From assembly GCA_030638825.1 (NCBI GenBank), contig DAOWDU010000014.1, forward strand, positions 1 through 46,458: DNA of 46,458 nt, written 5' to 3'. Source of the stretch: a bacterium. Lineage in GTDB: Bacteria; Patescibacteriota; Minisyncoccia; JAHIHE01; JAGLIN01. Numbering within the stretch: position 1 is the first letter of the stretch; each line of letters begins with the position of its first letter. Below, piece after piece: positions 1 through 7,749 of the stretch. A program made the translations under genes and the position numbers. Below the pieces are notes generated by a model that saw only the letters and a list, made by a program, of their open reading frames with translations, was not told the DNA's origin and made no database searches.

Positions 1-122
1 CCAGACTGCGCAGCTTCGCTTTAAACGCAATGAGAGCAAATGAAGTAGAAAATATCAGTCAGGAATTATATAAAAACAGTTTAAACATTAAGAGATTATT
101 CAGCTATGATAAGCTGAGTTAG
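1..122 (+). CDS. ISAs1-family transposase, C-terminal fragment (truncated by window edge)
   Basis: Frame from position 3 reads RLRSFALNAMRANEVENISQELYKNSLNIKRLFSYDKLS*, resembling ISAs1 transposase C-termini. Followed by a CAGCCCTG end. Confidence 0.75.
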   Translation, partial: RLRSFALNAMRANEVENISQELYKNSLNIKRLFSYDKLS

Positions 123-141
123 AGATAAATGCACAGCCCTG
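1..141 (+). mobile_element. Right end of an ISAs1-family IS
   Basis: Transposase tail, then ...GCACAGCCCTG ending at 141 (reverse complement CAGGGCTG, typical of ISAs1-family termini). Confidence 0.7.
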
Positions 142-179
142 CCATCATCATAGTCTTTCATTGCTTCTCTCAGTGTCAT
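142..179 (-). pseudogene. 5' end of a small gene apparently interrupted by the IS
   Basis: GAGGTG Shine-Dalgarno, then ATG at 179 (MTLREAMKDYDDG) running into the IS end at 141. Confidence 0.35.
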
Positions 180-288
180 TTTCTTATTCACCTCAAATCT
201 TCATATTTATAATACCAGCAAATCTTCTAAATTCACCAGCCGTGAGAATTTATTATTTTCTATTCTGGAGTTCAGGTTTCAACCTGTA

Positions 289-313
289 TGTCATCCTGAG
301 CTTGTCGAAGGAT
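289..313. repeat. TGTC-tagged REP-like element TGTCATCCTGAGCTTGTCGAAGGAT
   Basis: Identical 25-mer at 10173-10197. Confidence 0.8.
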
Positions 314-404
314 TACACACTAAAGTGTGAACTCCAAAACAATACCAAACTTTCACAACTGGTGAATTTTTTGTTTATTTTATAAAGGACAATCCCAACT
401 TTGC

Positions 405-432
405 ATTGTAGATGAAATGAAAAATATGTCAA
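405..432 (-). promoter_or_regulatory. Putative sigma70 promoter
   Basis: TTGACA-16 bp-TACAAT on the minus strand. Confidence 0.5.
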
Positions 433-436
433 CCTT

Positions 437-514
437 AAATTGTTAAATTGTTAAATTGTTAAATTGTTATGCATAGCACGACAACAATTTAGCAATTTGG
501 CAATAAAACAATTC
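437..514. repeat. Octamer tandem repeats in inverted arrangement
   Basis: (AAATTGTT)x4 at 437-468, then degenerate (AACAATTT)x4 at 483-514. Confidence 0.8.
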
Positions 515-519
515 AATTA

Positions 520-1464
520 TCAAAACCCCATATACTCAATTTCCTCCTTCAACTGAATTCCAAAATGACTTCTAATTTTTTGCTTAATCAGACTGATAAG
601 TATAATCACATCCTCCGACTTGGCATTGTTAAAATTAATAATAAAATTACAATGTTTTTCCGAAATCATTGCGCCGCCGATTTTTTTGCCCTTTAATCCC
701 TCAATCTGTTCAATCAGCCAGCCAGCGGGAATAGTATTATTTTCAACAATGCCTTTTAACTCAGGACATTTTATCATTAAATTTTCTAAATGCTTGTCAT
801 CAACAACTGGATTTTTAAACACACTCCCCGCGCTGGGATATTCCAACGGCTGTTTTTCTTTTCTTGATTTTAAAATTTCTGTAATTATTTTTTTACTCTT
901 TTCTTGATTCCCTTTATTCAATTTCAAAACAGCGTTTAAAATAATACATTTCTTTTCTTTTTTAAAAATACTATCGCGATATGAAAAATCACATTGTTTA
1001 TTATTTAATTTCTTAATATCCAATATCCAATATTTAATATTTAATATCTCAACACTCTCCACAACATCCCCCATACATTTCCCAAAAGCCCCCGCGTTAT
1101 TCACAATCGCTCCGCCAACCGTTCCTGGAATTCCAGCCAAATATTCTAATCCTGTTAAATTATTTTTTACAGACTCGTTAACTAATTTTATCAGAGATAG
1201 TCCACTGTCAATAAAAATTTCATTATTCTCAATTCTTAATTCCTGATTCATAATTCTAATAACTAACCCATCAAACCCTTCATCCGAAATTAATAAATTA
1301 CTCCCACCTCCCAAAATAAAAACTTTTAATTTATTTTCCCCCGCAAATTCCAACGCTTCTTTTATTTCATCAGAATTTTTTATAACACAAAAATACTTCG
1401 CCAAACCGCCGATTTTGAACGAAGTATATTCTGAAAGTAAGATATTTTTTTGAATTTTAATCAT
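520..1464 (-). CDS. murB: UDP-N-acetylenolpyruvoylglucosamine reductase
   Basis: YTSFKIGG, GGGSNLL, GIPGTVGGA, SAGSVFKNP and KHCNFIIN motifs. Confidence 0.97.
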   Translation of the reverse strand: MIKIQKNILLSEYTSFKIGGLAKYFCVIKNSDEIKEALEFAGENKLKVFILGGGSNLLISDEGFDGLVIRIMNQELRIENNEIFIDSGLSLIKLVNESVKNNLTGLEYLAGIPGTVGGAIVNNAGAFGKCMGDVVESVEILNIKYWILDIKKLNNKQCDFSYRDSIFKKEKKCIILNAVLKLNKGNQEKSKKIITEILKSRKEKQPLEYPSAGSVFKNPVVDDKHLENLMIKCPELKGIVENNTIPAGWLIEQIEGLKGKKIGGAMISEKHCNFIINFNNAKSEDVIILISLIKQKIRSHFGIQLKEEIEYMGF

Positions 1465-1467
1465 AAA

Positions 1468-1797
1468 TCAAACAGAAATTTCAATACCTGTTTTTTTTAT
1501 TTCATTAATAAAAGAGCTATATTTATTGTTAAAATCTTTTGAATTAAACCCAACAGGCTCAATAGTCAAGCCAGCATCATCTATTCTTCTCAACCATAAA
1601 TATTGCATCGCGTCAAAAGAATTTTCAAACTTTGGCGAAATGACGCATAGATCAATATCGCTCCATTTATGCTGCGTTCCCTTAGCATAAGAGCCAAAAA
1701 GAACAACCTTCTTAATTGGTAACTTATCCTCGCGTAAAACTTTAAGATACGCGCTAATCTTTTTTTCTACTTTTTTTGGTATTCTTTTTTTAACCAT
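1468..1797 (-). CDS. MNT-type nucleotidyltransferase (antitoxin)
   Basis: LFGSYAKG...SDIDL motif, 109 aa, overlaps the HEPN gene. Confidence 0.9.
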   Translation of the reverse strand: MVKKRIPKKVEKKISAYLKVLREDKLPIKKVVLFGSYAKGTQHKWSDIDLCVISPKFENSFDAMQYLWLRRIDDAGLTIEPVGFNSKDFNNKYSSFINEIKKTGIEISV

Positions 1798-2165
1798 AAA
1801 AATAATTTTTTAGAAATTTCCAAATAATTCTTGCTATACTCTTTGTCACATTTTTTATAAAAAGCATATTTATCTTCTTGATAGCGTCCAGAAATATTAA
1901 AAGTTGTAATAATTCTCAGATTTTTAATCTGTTCTTTTTCTAATTTTAATTTAGCCAGATTCGCCAAATGAGCCAAATCGTGAATATACGGCGCTGGCTT
2001 TTTTGTATTTCTAACCACAAGTCCCTTGAACAATTTTTCCAGCGACAAATGACAAAAGAAAAGACAGTGATCATAATGTTTATTTTCAAACAAAACCCGC
2101 GCCGCGTCAAAACTTCTTTGCGCCGATTTTTTCCAAAAATCAATTTGTGCTTGAAACTCTTGCAT
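1767..2165 (-). CDS. HEPN domain protein
   Basis: FFCHLSLEKLFKG, HDLAHLA and GRY motifs. Start placed at ATG 2165, just after a promoter (ORF track extends it to 2219). Confidence 0.88.
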   Translation of the reverse strand: MQEFQAQIDFWKKSAQRSFDAARVLFENKHYDHCLFFCHLSLEKLFKGLVVRNTKKPAPYIHDLAHLANLAKLKLEKEQIKNLRIITTFNISGRYQEDKYAFYKKCDKEYSKNYLEISKKLFLWLKKEYQKK

Positions 2166-2171
2166 GTCTTT

Positions 2172-2200
2172 ATTGTAGTAAAATTTCTTATTCTTGGCAA
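2172..2200 (-). promoter_or_regulatory. Promoter for a probably leaderless HEPN-MNT transcript
   Basis: TTGCCA-17 bp-TACAAT with the ATG 6 nt downstream of the -10. Confidence 0.55.
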
Positions 2201-2208
2201 TTATTTTT

Positions 2209-3957
2209 TTATCCATCACTTTCCCCCAACGATTGCAAACTAAATAATTTATAATACAGCTTTTTATTCCTAATCAATTCCTCATGCTTTCCTTCTTCTA
2301 CAATCTCACCTTTTTCAATAACTAAAATTTTATCCGCATGCATAATTGTGCTTAGGCGATGAGCGATGACAAAAGTCGTTCTGCCGGCGATTAATCTTTT
2401 CAACGCCTGTTGAACAAGCATTTCTGATTTAGAATCTAATGCTGAAGTCGCTTCGTCTAAAATCAAAATCTTTGGATCTTTCAAAATCGCGCGCGCGATT
2501 GCGACGCGCTGTTTTTGTCCTGTTGATAATTTCACTCCCCGTTCCCCGACTTCCTGATTTATTTTGTCCGGAAAATTATTTATAAATTCATCTGCGTTTG
2601 CCGCTTTGATTGCTTCATTTATTTCTTTGTCTGTCGCGTTTAATCTGCCATAAATAATGTTACTTTTTAAAGTATCATTAAACAAACTCACTTCTTGCGG
2701 CACAATGGCAATCTGTTTCCGCAAACTTCCCAAATCAATTTTCTGAATATCAATCCCATCCAAAAATATTTTCCCGGAAGTTGGAATATTATATCGCGAG
2801 ATCAAATCCATCATCGTTGATTTCCCAACTCCGCTTTCGCCGACTAAAGCGACAACTTCTCCCGAATTTATTTTAAAACTAATATCCTTCAAAACCCGCC
2901 TCGTTTCATGATAACAAAAATTAATCTTTTGAAATTCAATCTCACCTTTTATATCTTCTAGTTTGATCGCGCCTTTTTTATTATACGGTTCTGTTTCTTC
3001 ATCAAGTAATTCGTAACCTCGCTTCATCACTCCCATCCATCTTCTAAAATGATCTATATCTTTTCCTAATTTTCTCATCGGAATAGTGAGAAGTCCCACA
3101 TAACCAACAACCGTTACAAATTGTCCAGTTGTTATTATTTCATTTTTTAGCATTGGAACTATAACAATAAATAGAACAAAGATTCCAATAGTCAAACAAC
3201 TATCCTGAAGAAAAATCATTTTATTAGATTTTAAAAGAACTCTTCTGAAATATTTTCTTGTTTTGTTTTTAAATACCATTGAAACCTTTTCATTTTCATA
3301 TTTTTCTTTTGAATTTGCCTTAACTGTCTGAATATTAGAAATTGAATCATAAGTAAAACCGAAAGCGTCTTCGTACGATTTCTGTGTTCTGACAATATCA
3401 ACGCTTATTGGTTTTGAGTATTTTAAGGTAATAAGAAAATAAATTAAAATATTTATCACAATTATAAGAAAAAGTATCCAGTGAATAAATAAAGCTAAAA
3501 AAATTAAGATAAATAATATTACCAATAAATCAGAAATAAACCAAAAAATTATATCGTTTAAAAGACCTTCTAAAGCGTCGGCTGCTTTTATATAACGAGA
3601 AGTCAACTTTCCACTTTTTTGTTCTTTGTGGTATTGTAATTTTAAATTCAATGAATGACTACTAAGAAGCAATAAAAAATCATGCATACATTTCATAGCC
3701 GTTTCTCTTCCTAAAAGATAGGAGCGTCTCCATCCCCAATCCTTTACAAAACTCAAAACCAACCACAAAAACAAAATCCCAACAATCACCGACATTGCTT
3801 CACCAGCGATAATCAAGTCAACAATCTTCCCATAAATATACGGAATCATCGCTTCAATCAAAGAAGCAAAAATCGCCACGGCAAAAATAATATAAACCTG
3901 CCTTTTATACTTTGACAAAAACCGCCAGATAATTTTTAGATCATCAATAAATTCCAT
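2209..3957 (-). CDS. ABC exporter, fused permease/ATPase (MsbA/Sav1866-like)
   Basis: N-terminal TM helices, Walker A GESGVGKS, signature LSTGQKQR, LILDEATSALD, AHRLST. Confidence 0.95.
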   Translation of the reverse strand: MEFIDDLKIIWRFLSKYKRQVYIIFAVAIFASLIEAMIPYIYGKIVDLIIAGEAMSVIVGILFLWLVLSFVKDWGWRRSYLLGRETAMKCMHDFLLLLSSHSLNLKLQYHKEQKSGKLTSRYIKAADALEGLLNDIIFWFISDLLVILFILIFLALFIHWILFLIIVINILIYFLITLKYSKPISVDIVRTQKSYEDAFGFTYDSISNIQTVKANSKEKYENEKVSMVFKNKTRKYFRRVLLKSNKMIFLQDSCLTIGIFVLFIVIVPMLKNEIITTGQFVTVVGYVGLLTIPMRKLGKDIDHFRRWMGVMKRGYELLDEETEPYNKKGAIKLEDIKGEIEFQKINFCYHETRRVLKDISFKINSGEVVALVGESGVGKSTMMDLISRYNIPTSGKIFLDGIDIQKIDLGSLRKQIAIVPQEVSLFNDTLKSNIIYGRLNATDKEINEAIKAANADEFINNFPDKINQEVGERGVKLSTGQKQRVAIARAILKDPKILILDEATSALDSKSEMLVQQALKRLIAGRTTFVIAHRLSTIMHADKILVIEKGEIVEEGKHEELIRNKKLYYKLFSLQSLGESDG

Positions 3958-3963
3958 AAAATT

Positions 3964-5334
3964 TTATTTTACTAATTCGTCTGCCACTTTATAAATATCC
4001 CCCGCTCCCATAATTAATAATATATCGTCAGGTTTAATTTTTTCATCAATCAATTTTCTTGTCTCTTTTAAATTCTTCGCATAGAAAATAGAATCACTAT
4101 TTATATCATTAACTAGATCCAATGAACTAACATTTTGATCAGTACCCTCTTCCCTTCCCGCCACATCAAATATTTCAGATAAAATTACAACATCCGCGTC
4201 ATCAAAACTATTCAAAAAATCTTTATATAATTTTTTCGTTCTATTATGTTGATGCGGTTGAAAGACAGTAAAAATTCTTTTCTTTGGATAAAATTGTCTT
4301 GCTGCTTTTATCGTCGCCTTAACCGCTGTCGGATGATGCGCGTAATCGGAAATTACTAAAGCATTTTTATATTTTCCCTTTATCTCAAACCGCCGCCAAA
4401 TTCCAGCATAATTAGATAAAGATTTTTTTATTGTCTCAACTGGAATCTCTAAAGTTAGACCCAACGCAATCACTCCCAAAACATTGTAAACATTAAACAT
4501 CCCCAGAACTTTCAAAACAAACTCTCCTAAATCTTTATTATTATAAATAACTTTAAATTTAGTTCTTCCGCCCTCAAACTCAACATTATAACCTCGCACA
4601 TTATTAATTTCACCAAAACCAAATCTAACAACGCTTAATACTTGATGCTTAATACTTGATACTACTTTATCATCGCCATTCATAATTAAAATTCCATCTT
4701 TCGGCAAATGCAAAATAAATTCCTTAAACACATTCTTTATATCCTCTATATTTTCATAATAATCCGTGTGATCAAGCTCAATATTATTTAAAATAATTAT
4801 TTTGGGATCTAAATTTAAAAAAGATCTTTCATACTCGCACGCTTCAGCAATAAAATATTTGCTTTCCCCAACTCTTAAATTACTACCAAACTTCGACACA
4901 ATACTTCCTACAATTACAGACGGATCTAATTTCGCGTCATCTAGTAACAATCCCGCCATTGCGGAAACAGAGGATTTGCCATGAGTTCCGCAAACCGCAA
5001 TTCCGTATTTATTGTTAAAAACTAATCCTAACGATTCAGGATAAGTAATCGTTTTTATTTTTAATTCTCTTGCTTTTTTTAGTTCGGGATTATTTTCTGG
5101 CACTGCGGTAGAATAAATTACCAAATCTATATCTTGAGAAATATTTTCTTCTTTTTGTTTATTGTAAATTCTAATCCCTATTTTTTTTAAATTATCCACC
5201 ACAAAAGAAGGGCTCAAATCTGAGCCGCTTACTTCTTTGCCTTTTTCTTTCATAAGCCTAGCAATCGCGCTTAATCCTATGCCGCCTATTCCGATAAAGT
5301 GGATCTTTTTAATTTTTTTTAAATCTACATTCAT
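3964..5334 (-). CDS. murC: UDP-N-acetylmuramate--L-alanine ligase
   Basis: HFIGIGGIGLS, GTHGKSS, EACEY, DYAHHPT and FQPHQ motifs. Confidence 0.97.
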   Translation of the reverse strand: MNVDLKKIKKIHFIGIGGIGLSAIARLMKEKGKEVSGSDLSPSFVVDNLKKIGIRIYNKQKEENISQDIDLVIYSTAVPENNPELKKARELKIKTITYPESLGLVFNNKYGIAVCGTHGKSSVSAMAGLLLDDAKLDPSVIVGSIVSKFGSNLRVGESKYFIAEACEYERSFLNLDPKIIILNNIELDHTDYYENIEDIKNVFKEFILHLPKDGILIMNGDDKVVSSIKHQVLSVVRFGFGEINNVRGYNVEFEGGRTKFKVIYNNKDLGEFVLKVLGMFNVYNVLGVIALGLTLEIPVETIKKSLSNYAGIWRRFEIKGKYKNALVISDYAHHPTAVKATIKAARQFYPKKRIFTVFQPHQHNRTKKLYKDFLNSFDDADVVILSEIFDVAGREEGTDQNVSSLDLVNDINSDSIFYAKNLKETRKLIDEKIKPDDILLIMGAGDIYKVADELVK

Positions 5335-5361
5335 ATAAAATCCTAAAGGATAAATTCCGTT

Positions 5362-6480
5362 TTACTTCGCTACTTTTATAATTTCTTCCACAATTTTTCT
5401 GGCAGCTTCTGGCTGGGCTAATTTTCTGGCAGCTCTTTGCATCTCAATAGTTTTTAGAGAACTCTGAAAAATTCCGCGAATAACATTTAAAAGTAAATGC
5501 GGTTTAAGATTTTTCTCGCTTAATAAAATTGCCGCGCCTGATTCGGAATAATAGAAAGCGTTCTTTTTTTGCTTATCGCTTATCGCCGAGGCGAGAGGAA
5601 TTAAAATGCTCGGTTTTCCGACGGCCATAATTTCCGCGACAGTATTTGCGCCAGCTCTGCTAACCACAAGGTTGCAAACCGCATAAGCGTCAGCGGCTCT
5701 TTTTCTAAAAAATGGGAATAAATGATAATTGTTTAAATTGGGAACATTCATCTTTTCAACAATTGATTTTACTTTATCATAATTAACAATACCGCACTGA
5801 TGAATAATCTGATAGTCCCTCAGTAATTCAGGAAGGATTTCCATCACAAGCCTATTTATTTCTTCCGCTCCCTTGCTTCCTGCCATAATAAAAAGAGTTG
5901 GTTTTTCTTCGTTTAGGGCGAAACTTTTCAGAGACTTTTCTTCATCTCCTTGCGCGATAAAACTTATAATAGGATTGCCTGAAAAAAATACTTTTGGCGA
6001 AACATAAATTTCTTTGCTGTTCTTAAAAGAAACCGCTACTTTTTTCGCAAAACGAAACATAAATTTATCCAAAGGACTTGCGACTGCGTCAGATTCGTGA
6101 ATAATTATAGGAATACGAAATATCCAACCAACCATAACGACAGACAAAGAAACATGCCCGCCTTTTGAAAAAATAACATCTGGCATATAATTGAAAATAT
6201 GAATTACAGACTGGAAAAAGCCGATGATAAATTTCAAAAAATCAATAAAAAATAGGGGAGAAAAGGAATTTCTTTGTTCCGCGGCTTGAATTATTTTGTA
6301 CGGAATCCCCGTTCCTTCAAGCATCTCCTCCAAAAAATGGCTCTTTGAACTTATTAACATAACCTCCAAAGATTTAGGTTTAGACTTGGGGTCGCCGGCA
6401 AGTCTTTTAAGTTCTTCGTGAACCGCAATTATCGGATATAAATATCCCTTTAATGATTCGCCTGTAAATAAAATTCTCAT
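5362..6480 (-). CDS. murG: MurG-family glycosyltransferase (GT28), N-terminal motif degenerate
   Basis: SKGG, HESD, GNP, HQCG, SRAGANT and Q..NA motifs; between ftsW and murC. GGTGGH is replaced by GESLKGY. Confidence 0.85.
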   Translation of the reverse strand: MRILFTGESLKGYLYPIIAVHEELKRLAGDPKSKPKSLEVMLISSKSHFLEEMLEGTGIPYKIIQAAEQRNSFSPLFFIDFLKFIIGFFQSVIHIFNYMPDVIFSKGGHVSLSVVMVGWIFRIPIIIHESDAVASPLDKFMFRFAKKVAVSFKNSKEIYVSPKVFFSGNPIISFIAQGDEEKSLKSFALNEEKPTLFIMAGSKGAEEINRLVMEILPELLRDYQIIHQCGIVNYDKVKSIVEKMNVPNLNNYHLFPFFRKRAADAYAVCNLVVSRAGANTVAEIMAVGKPSILIPLASAISDKQKKNAFYYSESGAAILLSEKNLKPHLLLNVIRGIFQSSLKTIEMQRAARKLAQPEAARKIVEEIIKVAK

Positions 6481-6500
6481 AGATTTAAATTGTTAAATAA

Positions 6501-6600
6501 TTACTTAGAAATTAATTGAAATTTGTAGAAACCTGTAGAAATTAATTGTTGTAAAAATACAATTGAATTTCTATAAATTTCAATTAGTTTCTACGAATTT
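6501..6600. repeat. Decamer tandem repeats in inverted arrangement
   Basis: ATTAATTGAA/ATTTGTAGAA/ACCTGTAGAA units followed by complementary TTTCTATAAA/TTTCAATTAG/TTTCTACGAA units. Confidence 0.7.
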
Positions 6601-6649
6601 ATGTATTATAATTCTACCATTTTTTGAATAAAAAAAGAAGAGAAAAAAT

Positions 6650-7747
6650 TTATTTTCCATACTTAGAAATATTCAACAAAATCCCCACCCCCATTAGAGA
6701 AATAATTAGCGCTGAACCGCCGTAGCTGATAAAGGGCATTGGAATTCCGGTGAGCGGAATTAAAGAAGTGATTGCCGCCATATTTGTGAGAGCTTGAAAG
6801 ATAATCCAGGAAGTAATTCCAATTGCGATAAATCTTCCAAAATCGTCAGGCGCGCGACTGGCAATTTTAAATCCTCTTAAAGCAACTATTAAAAATAAAG
6901 CCATTAAAACAAACAGACCGACAAATCCCATCTCTTCTCCCGTTATCGCAAAAATTGAATCGCCGATTGGTTCAGGAAGATAATTAAATTTTTGGCGGCT
7001 GTGTCCAAAACCAAGACCCAAGATTCCGCCCGAACCGAGAGCTAAAAGAGCTTGATTAATTTGGTAGCCAATTCCCTGCGGATCAAGTTCCGGATACATA
7101 AAAACCATCAGCCTGTTTATTCTATATGGAGCGATTTTAATAAGCATCAACAGCGCTGCCGTTCCGCCTAATCCTAAAAGAAAAATGTGGCTCAATTTAG
7201 CTCCCGCCGCAAAATATATAATTACGGCTGTTAATATTATCACGCTCAAAGTGCCAATATCGGGCTGCATTATTAAAGGGATTGAGATAGCTATAATTAA
7301 AATAACAAATGGCACGAGCGTTTCTGAGAAATTTTTAACATCTTTTCCCTTCTTTTCCAGCCAAGCGGCAAGGTATAAAATGAAAGTTAATTTGGCAATT
7401 TCCGATGGCTGAAAACTAAAATCGCCGATGTTTATCCAGCGATTGGCTCCTTTTAAATCATAACCAAAAGCGGGAATAAAAACAAGGAATAAAAAGATGA
7501 TCGTTAAAATCAAAAAAAGCAACGCGTATTTTTTGAAAATGTGATAATCAATTTTTTGAAATAGAAACAATAAAATCATTCCTGGAATAAATCCGTAAAA
7601 AAATTGATGAGACAGATAATAATGATTGTATCCAAAATTATTATAACTCACCACGACGCTCGCGCTGGAAATCATAATTAGACCGAAGATTGACAACAGT
7701 ATAACTGTGGCTAATAATATTTTATCGTAGCTTTTTTGATGTTTCAT
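6650..7747 (-). CDS. ftsW: SEDS peptidoglycan polymerase FtsW
   Basis: GANRWI, FQPSEIAK, QPD, GYQINQ, PLTGIPMPFISYGGS; directly upstream of murG. Confidence 0.95.
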   Translation of the reverse strand: MKHQKSYDKILLATVILLSIFGLIMISSASVVVSYNNFGYNHYYLSHQFFYGFIPGMILLFLFQKIDYHIFKKYALLFLILTIIFLFLVFIPAFGYDLKGANRWINIGDFSFQPSEIAKLTFILYLAAWLEKKGKDVKNFSETLVPFVILIIAISIPLIMQPDIGTLSVIILTAVIIYFAAGAKLSHIFLLGLGGTAALLMLIKIAPYRINRLMVFMYPELDPQGIGYQINQALLALGSGGILGLGFGHSRQKFNYLPEPIGDSIFAITGEEMGFVGLFVLMALFLIVALRGFKIASRAPDDFGRFIAIGITSWIIFQALTNMAAITSLIPLTGIPMPFISYGGSALIISLMGVGILLNISKYGK

Positions 7748-7749
7748 AA

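Noticed and set aside
161-385. 74-aa plus-strand ORF
   Set aside because: Spans hairpins and a repeat, has no SD, and overlaps a better-supported minus-strand leader.
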